From Eledone cirrhosa (lineage: Eukaryota), in NCBI GenBank assembly GCA_964016885.1, contig OZ024740.1:163804001-163868000 (forward strand): DNA of 64,000 bases, written 5' to 3'. Shown one piece after another: positions 1 through 13,577 of this stretch (positions are counted from its first letter, which is position 1; each line of letters starts with the position of its first letter). The translations under genes and the position numbers were made by a program. The notes under the pieces are model-generated. The model saw only the letters and a list, made by a program, of their open reading frames with translations, did not search any database and was not told the origin of the DNA.

Positions 1-827
1 TAGAGTACCTATCGATCCCTTTTCTTTAAAACTGATACTTAAACCCATTTATTTAAAAAATGTTTCCATTTTTACTACTACAAGTTAACTGATATATTAC
101 TTAGCAACAGTGGTGAGCAGGCTATATAGACATTTGACCCAGTGGGTCAGTGAGTTGCAGAGCTGCATTAAAACATGGTAAAACACTGAAATAATACCAC
201 AGTAAATTGACTAGCCGCTGCACAAAGATTGAAATAAAATTAAAATATGCCTTAGATGAGCAATGAAGGCAGTGGTCCTCAGCAGTGAGTATCACCTGAT
301 TGGTTTTAAGACCCAGTTCACTTCTGCTTAGGTTAAACACTATATACAAGTATTGTATATTATATATACTAATATCCAATATAGTAAGGTATAATAAGTA
401 CATGGTTTGAGGCTTAACAGCAAACTTTTCAGTAAAAGTGCTCAAAAAATATTCATAAAATTATGAATTATTTGTGGTTGTGACAAGTTTATTGAGTGAG
501 AGAATAAACAGAAACAGCTAACCTGATACACAATATAAGGAAATGTGTGGGGATCTCATCTTATAGCAAGAGGATATATAAATAAATGTTATATAACAGA
601 ATATATCTTGATAGTTTTAACATACCTACTTCTAATGAAGAGAACCACAAGAGAATAAAGGTTTTTATTTTTATTTGTTTTATATTTTGAACTCATTAAG
701 TGACACAGAAAAAGTTTGTAGTTTCATATAACCTCAATACATTACCACAATTAAAAAAGAAATCATCTTGGGGGAGGGTGTGCTATTTAGTGGTGTGGAA
801 CTATTACAAAAAAAGATCTAAGAGATT

Positions 828-980
828 GTTGTAAAAGTAGAAGTGGTGGTAGCAGTCATAGAAGTGTTACTAGTAGTAGCAGTAGTAGTAATAGTAGAAG
901 TGGTGGTAGTAGTAGAAGTAGCAAGAGTAAGTAGTAGTGGCAGTAAAAGTAGTTCTACTACTACAAGTAGTAGTAGTGGT
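828..980. repeat. Degenerate (GTA/GTG)n trinucleotide microsatellite
   Basis: Runs such as gtagtagcagtagtagta; source of the Thr-rich spurious ORF 818..1069. Confidence 0.85.
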
Positions 981-1679
981 GTACAAAGGAATCTCATAAG
1001 AGAATAAGAGTGCAACAAACTATAAATAATTACTAGGATAGAATACTGTTCTATAGATATCGTACACATTTATTATCCTGTATGTATGTTTGTTCTTTTT
1101 AACTATATAGGGTATATAACAACTTTTCCAAAATATATTAAAAGGTAGGAGTGAGGGGTAATGAGAGAGGGGGGAGGGTGGTTAGTAGGAGAGGAGAACC
1201 GCAAAATCATGTAATGGCATACAGACTATATTAGAGGTTTGTTTTGCAAGGTCACTGACATCAATAGACTGCGAAGTGAAAGTCAAATGTGTAATATAAA
1301 GTACAGCCGACCTAAAAGGGAGACAGACAGACTGATGCAGAGAGAGACAGACAGACAGACATACTGACAGCAGATGTAGGGTATAGGGTACTAATAGATA
1401 TTTCATGACTATATTATCTATATAGCTCTTAAACTCAATAACTAACAAATATGCTTTCAAAAAATTTTTTTTAATTAATTAAATTATATACATATTATAT
1501 TTCATATAATATTAATTATTTAGAAAATGAATAATTAAATGATGTATTAAAGCAATGACATTGAGAGTTATTACAATAACAATACTGAAAGGAGTAAACT
1601 TGAACAAGTTTTGCATAAAACTTACCAATGATAGAAAATTACAAAAAAAAATATTAATATGTCTACATGAGTAATGTTG

Positions 1680-1764
1680 TCAAATGTCAAAGCCCATCTT
1701 CTTCATACAATCTTTGTGTGCCTGTATCAGATCACCGCAATGCTCTTCACCCCTTTCTACAATG
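1680..1764 (-). CDS. COX17: COX17 coding exon 2 ([28 protein letters not shown])
   Basis: Minus strand reads tttctaatttcAG|C ATT GTA GAA AGG GGT GAA GAG CAT TGC ... GGC TTT GAC ATT TGA. The phase matches exon 1 (TG|C = Cys) and the exon supplies the second CX9C motif. Total CDS 104+85=189 nt. Confidence 0.96.
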
Positions 1765-1859
1765 CTGAAATTAGAAAGATATATAATACCTTTATTTTTT
1801 TTGTATCAAAAAGAATATTATTTGTAAAGCATCCCAACTACAACTACAACAATCAATAA

Positions 1860-2330
1860 TAATAGTTTCTAGTATAGGCACAAGGCCAGTAATCTGGGGG
1901 AAGGGGAAAGTCAATTAAATCGATCCCAGTACATTACTGGTGCTTTATTTTATCAACCCTGTAAGGAAGAAAGGCAAAGTTAACTATGGTGGGATTTGAA
2001 CTCAGACCGTAAAGGGTCGTAAATACGCTGCAAAGCATGGTGTCTGAATCTCAACCGATACCGCCTTACAACAACCAATAATAATGCTTTCTAGTTTAGG
2101 CACAAGGCCAATAGTTTTTTTTCTTGTGTGTGAGTGTGTGTGTGTGGGGGGGAGGGGGGTGTTATAGCAACTCCAATACTTTATTGGTACATCATTTATT
2201 TATCAATCCCGAAAGGACAAAAGGTAAAATTGACCTCAACAGGGTTTGAAACCACAATATTGACAGCCGTAACAAAATACTACAATGAATTCCATCTGAC
2301 GCGCTAATCATTCTGCCAATCCAACTCCCT
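1860..2330 (-). mobile_element. Two adjacent decayed tRNA-derived SINE copies (family A)
   Basis: Shared motifs ggcacaaggccag, tttattttatc.accc.gtaagga.gaaaggcaaag and ggatttgaactc (reverse-complement B box), with (ATT)n tail. Confidence 0.8.
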
Positions 2331-2964
2331 ACAACTAATAATGATGATAATAACTTCTAGTTCTATGTGTAGCACATTTAGAATAAACCCTACTCCCACT
2401 CTCCAGAACAATCTAAAAGTAGATCAGAGAGAGACTTACATCAACAACCTTATACATCTGATAGAAAATATAACATTTCTGATATTTTCTTCTTATCTTT
2501 ATCTTATGCAAACTAGACATTAAGAAACCTCACTTGAATAAAATACTCTAAACATTCTAAAAAAAAAAAAAAAAGTTTCTGCTCTAGAATGTTCATGGTA
2601 GTTAAATCATGAATTCCTTCCTTCCTTTTTGAGAGAAGGAGAGAGAGAAAGAGAGGAGTATATTTCTACATGGGATATATTTCCAAGTTGCCAAAGTCAG
2701 CTACATTTACTGCACCATGTACTTTTAAGCACGAGAAAGCAGAGCAGAATTGGAAACTATGAACAGGAACAGCAAAAAGATAAAACCTTTCCTACCGGAC
2801 TAAATAACAATAAAGGTTTCTGATTCAGGCACTATGCCAACAATTTTAGAGGTGGGAAAAGTCGATTAAATTGGCTCCAATAATAAAAGACAATGGTTTT
2901 TTTGAGTTTATTTCATAGTTATATAAAATATGAATGTATGAAAAAAGGGCTAATAAAAATGGAG

Positions 2965-3280
2965 AGTTATAATTAGCTCTTTATTAACATGATAAATTAG
3001 CCTGTCTATTCATTAACATAATAATCAGTCCTTTTTATTAACATTAGACTATCTCTTCTCTAACATGATATTTAGCCCTTCTATTAACATAATCAGTTGT
3101 CCAACAATTCATTAACTTAACAGTCCTTTTCATTAACAAGATAATCATTCAATCTCATTATAAAAATGATGTAATCAGCCCTTTTCATTTATGTGGTAAT
3201 TAGCCCATCTCTTCATTAGCATAATAGTCAGCTCATCTCAATTAGTATGATAATCACCCCTCATAATTAACATAAGCTAA
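2965..3280. repeat. Highly degenerate ~25-bp tandem repeat (core ttattaacat.ataatcagcc)
   Basis: attaacat/aatcag/aattag motifs recur at roughly regular spacing. Confidence 0.6.
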
Positions 3281-4500
3281 CATTTTCTTTATACCTGTCA
3301 TTAAACTTGTTTTCAATAATACAAGGAATTTATAAGCTTGTTGCTAAGTTATCTGTTCAATAAATGAACATTATTAGCCAAAAATTCCTAAAATTAAAAT
3401 AGTGCATGCAGTGAAGAATTAAACGTTTATATAGTTATCCTTATTAAGCAAGTGGTAACAAGAAAAGTGTTAGCACTAACAATAAGCAATGTGATATATG
3501 CTTACTTCATTTCTAGGTTGCCCTTCAAAACCAGTTTACAAAACCCTTAGTTCACAATATCATAGCCTGTACTACTTACTAATACACTTTTATCTTTCTC
3601 ACATATTTTTCATATTATTTATAAACAGAGTATGTTGTATGTGAGCATGTTATTTCTTTTAAGAAAACAATGTTCTACTTTATAGTAAAGTGAGCATTAA
3701 TATACTTGATGTAGTAAGCCAAGAAACTTTTATTAATTGAACTTACACTCTCAGTGATGAAATCAATCATTATCTATATGACTAATTCCAGTCAGAAATA
3801 AAAGGAAGCAGCAAACAACTACAAAATTTTAATCAATTAAATATGGAATTCAGTGAGAAGTGAGCTTAATCTTTAGAAGCATGGTGATAATTGCAGATGT
3901 TTTGATTTAATGCTTCCCTAAATAAATTCAATAAGGCTGAAGCATGTCTTGAGTTGTCCTCATACAGTCAAAGATCAGATCCACTTCCCACTTCATTCCA
4001 TATTTAACTAATTTTAATTTCAGGCTTCTATCCATTAGTATGTGTTTTTTATCACTAAAATTAATCAATTTATATAATGATTGTTCTCACCAGTAAACAT
4101 ATAATTTCTTGGCTTATAACATCAAGTATTTTAGTGTACACTTTACTATTGAGTAATCATGTAACAGGTGCCTATGGACATTTCCCCCCATCCTTCTTTA
4201 ATGTTCCCCTTTTTGGTACTTATAGTAGATACACTTCAGATTACAAAAGATAACTGTACATGCTTTACACAATTCATACAGCATTATAAGCAAATGTTAG
4301 CTATGATCCCAAATCCAAAGAACTGTCAACAACACATTGAACATTGACAGTTGCTTTTTAGCCCTAGATCAGTCAAGAACGAACACACCTATTATCAAAA
4401 ACCTAACCCATGCTAGCATCGAAGATGGACGTTAAACGAAGATGATGATTCCAATTTGACCAAACCATTAATATTTTCCAGATGATCAAAAGTGTTTTGA

Positions 4501-4818
4501 GGGAGATTTGGCTCCATCAACAGTTGCCATAGAGGATAATAATTGTTTCTATTTTAGGCACAAGGCCAGCAATTACCCAGTACATTACTGGTACTTTATT
4601 TTATCGACCCCGTAAGTATGAAAGGCAAAGTTAACCTCGACTGGATTTGAACTCAGATCGTAAAGGGTTCAAATCCAGTCGAGGTTAACTTTGCCTTTCA
4701 TCCTTACGGGGTCGATAAAATAAAGTACCAGTAATGTACTGGGTAATTGCTGGCCTTGTGCCTAAAATAGAAACAATTATTATCCTCTATGGCAACTGTT
4801 GATGGAGCCAAATCTCCC
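4501..4818. repeat. Near-perfect inverted repeat (152-bp arms, 14-nt loop) built from a SINE plus flanking DNA
   Basis: 4501-4652 is the reverse complement of 4667-4818, with one mismatch seen (gtaagtatg vs gtaaggatg). Confidence 0.95.
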
Positions 4819-4912
4819 TAGAGGATAATAATAGGATTAAAACTACTTTTGATTATCTCCAAGTTATTAGACTTGAACTTACAGTATCAACCTCCTATAG
4901 CAGAACCATTAA

Positions 4913-5149
4913 CCCTTTTGTTACTATATTTCTAATGAAAAGCATAGCCTATAATTTTGAAAATAATAAAAAATAGGGAGGGATTTAGTTATTTAACAAA
5001 CTTTCATTATCAAGTTGGTGTTTGGTGCAAAACTTAAAGGTTCTTACATAAAATTATGATTGAAAATTTTTAGATACAAGCTCTTTAATATAAACAGCCT
5101 TATATCCTAGAACAAGTGGCAGTTTCAAGCAGTTTGATATCAAAAAAGG
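4913..5149. mobile_element. piggyBac-like MITE (decayed)
   Basis: TTAA|CCCTTTTG ... CAAAAAAGG|TTAA. A related copy starts near 58290 and is interrupted by a Helitron. Confidence 0.6.
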
Positions 5150-6195
5150 TTAAAACACTAAACACATTAACATATTTTCATAGTTCATTTTTCTTTTTTT
5201 CTTTTTGTGAAATTCAGATATGTGTTCAAAGTGTAAGAGTAGATATGTAATTTACGCTTGGATGCCCCTTTGGTAAATTTTCTATGGCTGGATGTCCTTC
5301 TCATCACTAACAACTTTACAGAGTGTACTAGGTTCGTTTATCATATTACCAACACCTTTACACAACTGAAGAGTCCTTTCAACTCTTTCTTTTGGCATGG
5401 TTTCCACAAATGAATACCCTCATTATCACCAACCATCTTAGAGGGTGTACCAGGTGCATTTGTGACTGAAGTGTCTTCTCAACCCTTTTAAGCATGATTT
5501 CTACCAGCCGGAAGCCCTTCCTAAAATCACCCACTTTACAGAATGTACAAGTTGCGTTTTATCATAGAGCCAGTATTGGGTAGGTTGTTAGCCATTGACT
5601 ATACAAAGAGTCCTCTCTGCCCTATGTGGAGGGGAATAGAATGGGAGACTTAAGATTGATAAGAATGCTATAAGTAAGTGAAAACAGGTGGGAGGGAGTA
5701 GAGTAAGTATAATGTCATGGGTGAATGAAAGATGTTTACACACATACACACTAATAAACATATATGTAGCATCATCACTATCTAGTGTTTATTTTCCATG
5801 CTTGCATGGGTTAAATGAGCTGTCAATATTATGAGGCCAAACAGGTGAGGTGACCACATCTTGCTCATACTATCCATTTTTTGTCTAGTTTCCTATGGCA
5901 GGATGGCTTTCTTAATGCCAAACACCTTATAGGGTGGACTGAACGCTTTCAGTTGTAGCACCAGTACAACCATAGTACATAGTGGTCTGGGTGCTTTTCA
6001 TTGTGGCGCACTGCCACTATACAGGATGAGCTCGTTTCAGCCATTGGATAGCATCATGCTGGAGAACCATCTTGAAGGATTTAGTTATACTGAGCCCAGT
6101 ATATGTTTTTTTAAATGTGGAGCTTATTTTATCAATCTCTATTTGTCAAATTGCTAAGTTAACCAGTGACAACATAGACACAAAACACACACAAA

Positions 6196-6627
6196 TCATC
6201 ATCATCATTTTACGTCCGCTTTTTCCTGCTTGCAAGGGTGGGACGGGTCCTATTCAGCACAGCATCTCTCCATTGTCACGGTCCTTCGTTGTCTCCTCCG
6301 AGAGCTTCAGCGATCTTAGGTCTGCTCTCACCACCTCCGCCCATGTTTTTTGTGGTCTTCCGCTACTGCGTCTTCCTTCTACTGGGATTTCTTGGCACTT
6401 CTTTACCCTGCAGTCATCCTTCATGCGCATCACATGTCCATACCATCTCAGTCTTCTCTCCCGCATACCACAACTTATCCCTCTTATATACAGTTTTTTC
6501 TTAACTCATCTATGCTTGGACATTCCCGCACATTGACATTGCACATCCAACGGAGCATGCTTGCTTCATTTCTCTCTAGCCGTCACATATCCTCTGTAGT
6601 TGCTGCCCATGTCTCACTACTATGCAA
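6196..6627 (-). mobile_element. 5'-truncated RTE LINE 3' end
   Basis: ORF MRERRLRWYGHVMRM..GRPQKTWAEVV and (TGA)n tail; same family as 16257-18152. Confidence 0.92.
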
Positions 6628-7842
6628 TTAGCTTCCTTAGTTTTCATCAATCATATTTCACTCACAAGGTATTGGTCAACTTTACGTTATAGTAGAAGAC
6701 ACTTGATCAAGGTGCCATGCGTTTGAACTTAACCTAAAACCATGTGGTTGTAAAGTGAACTTCTTAATCCTACAGCCTGCATTTAGATATCCACACATAT
6801 ACATATATACCATCAGCAGCATCTTTAAGTCTATTTTTCTAGGTTTGCATGGGATAGACAAAACCTCTTTTGTGGTAGGTATTTTCTACGACTAGATGCC
6901 CTTCCACACACCAACTCATACTCTATTTTAAGTACAGTATGTACCACTAACTTTTTGATTACACAACACTGCCAGACATTATTTATGGATGAGATAACTG
7001 TCACTGTGAATTTAAAACAATGGTAGTAAGACATTAAGAACAACTGGAATACACACGCATATACATATGTGACATACCTCCCTGTGCTGGTGTCATAAAA
7101 TGCACCCAGTACACTCTATAAAGTCGTTGTTGATAGAAAAACATCTTGCTGTAGAAACAATGCCAAAGGGGTTAAGAAGACACTTTAGTCACATCACAGA
7201 CACAAAATCTCTTTAGTGTTAGTGCCATAATGAATGCATTCTGTAAAGTGATGGGTGTTAGGAAAATTGAGAGGGACTTTCAGTTGTGACAAAAGAACAA
7301 CAATTTCCTTAGTGCTGGTGTCATGATAAAATGCACCCAGTGCACTCTGTAATATGTTTGGTATGAAGAAGAGCATCCAGACGTAAAAAGCCTGCCAAAC
7401 AGAGTAGAGGACTCTTCAGTTGTGTCAAAGACACAACAATTCTTTAGTGCTGGTGTCATGATTAAATGCACCCAGTACACTTTGTAAAGTGTAGGAATGA
7501 ACATAAGCATATATCACCCCCAGCCCAAGCTGCAAGGACAGCAACTTCGAAAGAGCAAGAACATTGTCTGTGATGACATCAAGTTATTAAACTCTGACCA
7601 GACCTTCAGCTGCAGCCACTGCGACCATGCCTGCCTGTCCTGCATTGGTCTGAAGTCATGAGTATGCCTGATAATGTATGAACATATATATATATATATA
7701 TATAATATATAGTAGGCAGGGACAGAATAAACAAAAACATGATAGAATTCAGTAAAATTAGAGGATACTAGTTATGCTCAGAAGTGAAAGTCAGTCCATA
7801 ACTTTATACATATATATATATATAACAGTTAAATATATATAT

Positions 7843-8025
7843 AATTGTTTCTACTTTTGGCACAAGGCCAGCAATTACCCAGTGCATTACTGGTACTTTA
7901 TTTTATCGACCCCGTAAGGATGAAAGGTAAAGTCAACCTCAACGGGATTTGAACTCAGATTGTAAAGGGACGTAACTATGCTGGAAAGCATGGCGTCCGA
8001 CCCTCTACCGATACTGCCAATCCAC
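7843..8025 (-). mobile_element. tRNA-derived SINE (family A)
   Basis: Full motif set matching the copies at 24472, 30430, 33320 and 40492. Confidence 0.88.
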
Positions 8026-8674
8026 TGATGGGTCAGTATAAAGGAATCACATCCTACATCGTTTCAGTATTTTCAGACAATGGAAATTATAAACAAAAAT
8101 AATCATTAATCCTTGAGTCAAATTATAATATATAAATATATTAATTATACATATCATTAATGGAGCTTGTGCAAGGACTTTTACTTTTCTTTTGTACATT
8201 TTTGCATATTATATATAAATATATATGCATTTTTTTAAACCTTTTTACTGGTTTCAGTCATTAACCTCTGTCCATGTTGGAGCACTGGGTTAAAGAGATT
8301 TAGTTGTCATAACAATCCAAGTACTTTTTTTTTAAAGTATGGTACTTATTTTATCAATCTCTAATTGTAGAAATGTTAATGTAAACACACACATTAAATA
8401 TATAAATATACACACAACAGGCTTACACAGTTTCTGCATATCAAACTTTATTCACAAAGCACTGGTTAACCTAAGGCTATAATAGAAAAAACTTGTGCTA
8501 GGTACCACACAGTGAGACTAAACCCAAAACTACATGGTTGCGAAGCAAATTCTTTAACTACAAAGCTGATGATGATATAACATATAATAACATATATATA
8601 TAATCATCATCATCTGTATGTCCCTTTTTCCATGCTTGCAGGGAATGGACGGAAAATATATAATATATATATCA

Positions 8675-9270
8675 TAGAGAGCTCACTAGAAGAAATTCAT
8701 AGCTTCCAATACCTAAGTGACGTATTAACAATGGCAGCAAGTGTGTTCCAAAAGCATAGTAGCCAGAGTAAGAATGTGGTGGGAAAATGTCCAGTTGTTA
8801 TAACCACTGCTAACAAAATAAGGATTCTTTGTCCAAATGAATGGGCAGATTGCATGATGCAATGCTGCATGATCGCAAAACATAGGCATTGAATGCAAAA
8901 GATATGCAAATAATAAAGCAAGCTTGCTTGGCTGGATATGTAATGTTAGTGCGCATAATAGAGCACAAATAAGGTGAAAAAAAAACTTGATAAAGAATCA
9001 GCAGAGGTGGGCAAGAGAGGAAACTGAGTGAGTCAGACATGTGATGCATATAGATGCTGATAGTTGGGTAAAGAAGTACCACAGGATGCAAGTGGAAAGA
9101 AACTGCAGAAGAGTAAGACCAAGGAAGTTATGAGAAGTAGTAAAAGGTTTTCTTAGGAAGCTGAACATAACAACAGGAATGACAAAGAACCATAACTATT
9201 GGCAAGAGGTTGTGGTGGAGAAGACCTCTCCAACCAATGTAACCATGGAAAGATGGACATACAATAATCA
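8675..9270 (+). mobile_element. Decayed RTE LINE 3' fragment
   Basis: SLEEIHSFQYLSD remnant, agaccaaggaag (RPRK) and a catggaaagatggac 3' end. Confidence 0.7.
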
Positions 9271-9868
9271 TCCTCATCATTTAAGATACACATACATATT
9301 CTTTTTACTTCTAAAGCAAAGTTTTACGCAAGATGCGCCCTTCTTGACACTAACCCTTTTAGTTGCTTCTTGTGACATACAGGGATATGGTGAACCTATT
9401 CTAAGCTGGTAGCATATGTCTTTATTTTATGGTTTCATCAACAGAAAGTGCTGGTGACATTTGAAGGACCTTCAGGATTAGTGCAGAAAAAAATTGAGGA
9501 GAAAACAAAGACTCAAATTGTAACAGCTCATCAGAATGCTTCTAACAGAGTGGACTTTTCTAAAAGCAGCTTAGAGCTGGGCAGTGGTGGTGTTAAACTA
9601 AGAAATACTATCTAAGAGCTGGTACTGTCTGACAGTTATAGCTGCTCAATTTCACCCACAAGACTTGGATCAAATGAAAACTATGTTCAAGGTGCAAACA
9701 ATAATAGGAGAACAAATTCAGAACAGTATGATTGTAAAGTGAACTTAATGATATCTGCAAGTCTGCACCCATAAAACAACAACAGCCCTATTGACAGAAC
9801 TTAAATGACAAATCTATCACTTGCCTGCTGAGCATATTATTTTGTATAGTTGAGACAAGGAGTTTTAA

Positions 9869-10061
9869 CCCTTTAGCATTTAAACCGGCCATATCCAGCC
9901 AGCATTCTCTCACCTCTTTCTGTTCAAACCAACCCTAACTGGCCACTCATACCAATGATAAGGTATTGTTCTCAAAATGAGTAACATCAAAATTTTATAT
10001 GAGATAAAGCCTTTACCACAAAATACAATAGTATATATAGAGTAATGTAAATGGTAAAGGG
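9869..10061. mobile_element. piggyBac-like MITE
   Basis: TTAA TSDs with TIR CCCTTTAGCATTT / AAATGGTAAAGGG. Second copy at 43753-43973. Confidence 0.85.
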
Positions 10062-12234
10062 TTAATTTGTTTTCAACTTCTCCAAATGAAGAGACCCATG
10101 GTTTATTGCAATGAAATCATTAGAAAATGTTCTGGCATTTGGTTAAACTGTTTTTAAACAATTATTGACCTGATAAAAATAGCTAAAAAAATGTTGTATT
10201 GAGGATTGGTGATAATTCAAGTTAATTATTATTAGGCAACCCGGGACAGATCATCATCATTATCATAGTTTTTACATTGAGTTTTCCATGCTGTCATGGG
10301 TCAAATGGGTTGGTTTGACACAGTGTTTTATAGCCAAGTGCCTTTCCTGACATCATCCATTTTTTTTTTATTTCCTCCTATGACATGCAAAGATATGGTA
10401 TACCTATTCTAAAAGTTGGGATACACATGGCATACAAAAGAATGAGATAGTTGAGAAAATTAAATTGATAGCAGTCAGGCAGTGAGTGACATAAAAGATA
10501 GGCAAACACAGACTAAACTTGTTTGAAAGTTTGCTAGACAACTATTTCAGATTGTTAGAACTAGAAGGGTAGGTAGGTAGATTCTTTTTACTCCACTGTA
10601 TCCCCCTTTCTTCCCCACCCCAAAAAATAGGGCAGACAGAAGTAGATAGAGATAAGCAAATAGAGATAGATAGATAGATGGAGACAGGAAGAGAGAGATA
10701 GATGGAAATAAGCAAGTAGACAGAGGAAGATAGGTTAGCAAGTAGTTAAGACAAATTATTAGAACATGTTACAAGTATTACAGTATTGTGTTATATTGGA
10801 AATAATGCATTTCAACAATGCATAGGATGAAGCTTTATTCTTGCTGAGATAACTGCAAAAAACAAAATAAAATACAAAATACAAAAATAACCAACTATGG
10901 TTGTCCTTTGCCAAACTAAAGAGAGCCTCTGACAAGGTCTCATTCAGTAGACAGGTGGGTAATGAGAATGCCAAGTGTAACTGAACAATGTGAGTGGGAA
11001 AGAGAGCTCTTTACAGAGTGTGAAGATACAAAAAGTACAATCAGTTTCTATAAGCCTAAATGAAGAATGTAGTTTACAATGTAGTTTATAAAAGCTCTGT
11101 ACTTAGTCTTCTTCATTCTTGTTCTTGAAGCAATCAGAAAGTACAGGACTAGATGTACAAAATAATTTTCTGAATGACAGCAATCAAATTGACATTGCAG
11201 AACTTTTCAAAAATCCACAAATAAAGTCTTAGAGAACATGCTAATGTTAAAAGACTGATGAACAGTTAATATGCCAAGGACTTAATAAGTTCTAGTTAAT
11301 AGCATAATCTGCCAAATTCCAACAACACAAAGAATATACCACATGAAGGGAATAAGCAGAAATAGCACAGCATAGTGTGCTTGGATCTGATAAAACAATA
11401 AAGGTGGCTCAGAATCAGCAAAATAGTTAAGCAACAATGATGTGTACTAATTCAACAACTGTAACAGATAAGTAGCACTACCTATTTAAACGTATTAATA
11501 CTGGGTGTAAAACTAACAGCAGCATTGAGTACAAGTTGGTGTAAAAAGTTCAAGGAACTGTTATATCTGTACTTAAGTCAGAATATAAGAAGGAAACATG
11601 TCTAAGAAATGTGATGCAGTAAGGCAGTGAACAGAGATTCAGTAATGCTTAGAAAGCACTAAATTGAATAATGTTGGATTTACAAGAAAACCAAATACAT
11701 AAATCAATATATGCAGGAGAGCGTATATTACAAATGAACAATGCTTGCTCGGTGAAAAAGTGCCAGGTGTTAATGGTAGAAGGTACCTGTAGTAAAAGTA
11801 GACCAAGGAAAACTTGGGATTATGTTGATCATGATGCATTCAAAGAGGCTGTGTTGCAGACCCTGACCACTCATGTCAGCATGGTTAAAAAAAGGTAATG
11901 TTAAATCAGTTAATAAGATGGAAAGTGAAAAACACAGTAATATCCATTTCTAAGTTCAAATAGATATGTTTTAATAAAACAAACAAAATTTTGTATGTTA
12001 AAAAATTATTGTTTGTCCTAATAAAGGCAGAAGAAAAATGTTTAATTTTCAATGCGTTAAAGACAAACAAAACAAAATTAAAATAGTTAATAGAACAAAT
12101 TTCTCAAAGTTCATCAAATGTTAAGAGAAGGTAAATATGTAAAAGACAAACAATATTTAAAGATTTATTTATTGATCTGTATATAGCAGCTCAATTGCCC
12201 TCCAGTATGTTGGAAAGTATGAAGCTGTTTTTTT

Positions 12235-12690
12235 AGTTTTGGCAGTACTATTCCATGTGTCAGCAGCATAGGTTGTTGAGATAAAAATTGACCAGAATAA
12301 CCGTAATTTTATTTGTGAAGTGAGGTTCTTTGATTGCCAAATTGGAGTTTGTTGAATACTCCAGTACCTGTGTCTATCCTTTGTTTTATGTCCGCTTTAG
12401 CAATGGCATCTGCTGCCTGAATGCTACCAAGAGTCTTATCATCAAGGGCAGAAGAAGGCTATTGGCAAGGCATGTCCTACGAATGAGGGACAATATCACA
12501 GCAAGAACTGCAATGACATGGTTACCAGCTGGTGGGAAAAGACCAAAGGGTAAGACAAAGAAGAACTGGAGATCCACCATAAAATATGACCTTCACAGCT
12601 GCAGTGCAAATTGGTTTGAAACCCCAACCTTTGCCAAGGACAGAAAAGATGGAAGAGCATAGGGGCCCTTTGACTTAAGACTGGAAGAAC
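12235..12690 (+). mobile_element. Decayed RTE fragment with inverted 5' part
   Basis: 12235-12420 reads as RTE on the minus strand (YAADTW-like). 12440-12690 reads on the plus strand (RRRLLARHVLRM..GGKRPKGKTKKNW). Confidence 0.55.
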
Positions 12691-13577
12691 CATGCCAAAC
12701 TTGAAACATATGTGAAAATTGACCTGCCTGTCTGCAAGGACAGTAACTCTGATAAAGTCTTGACTTGGTCTGACAACCCATCCATTCAATGCCACCATGG
12801 AAAAATTGGACATTAAAAGATATGATTTTATCATCATCACCGTTTTACGTCTGTTCTTCCATGCTAGCATGGGTTAGATGGGTTGTCCTGTTGTGGGCAG
12901 TGTCTGGTCGGCTGACCATGCCTTGCTCATACAGGAACTGATAAAGTAGTGAAATGTTAATACTGCAGTAAAATTGTTACTGGGCAACAAAAGGTTAAAT
13001 TTTATTAATACAATTATCTGTAGGGATTTATTTCCTCAGCTAAATTGCAACTGCTTGCTTCCGTATGATCTGAAAATATAGCTGAGCAGCTTACTATAGG
13101 AAAAGAGGAATTATCTATATATTGATTGACCCTCCAGATCTGCAGATAACAGATTAACCAGTGGTATACAGAATCTGAAATGTTCTATTATCTGTGAAAA
13201 ACATTTAGATGTATTATGAAACAGACAAGAAGTTTTTAACATCAAATATCCCATCAGGATCATATTTGTACGGCCTATATTTTCTAAGTAAATATTATAT
13301 AACATAACTTAAGAGTTGAGTTGATGGATAACAGCTTTATATGCTCACCATCATATTATGCTTATATAATTATTTAAAATATTAAGACATCAAATTGAAC
13401 ACACACACACTTGTGTATGTATGTCAGATAGATAGATATATTTGTGTCAGGTCAGGACAAAAACTTCCACTGCTGGTAAATGTATATGTAAATCAGTACT
13501 ATCTGTTTCATAGTTAGGACTTCCATCACTAAATTAGGATCTCATTCTGACAGAACAAAAGCAACAATACCTGTCTA

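Noticed and set aside
818-1069. Thr/Leu-rich ORF and other low-complexity ORFs (15553-15741, 41533-41826)
   Set aside because: Translations of microsatellites.
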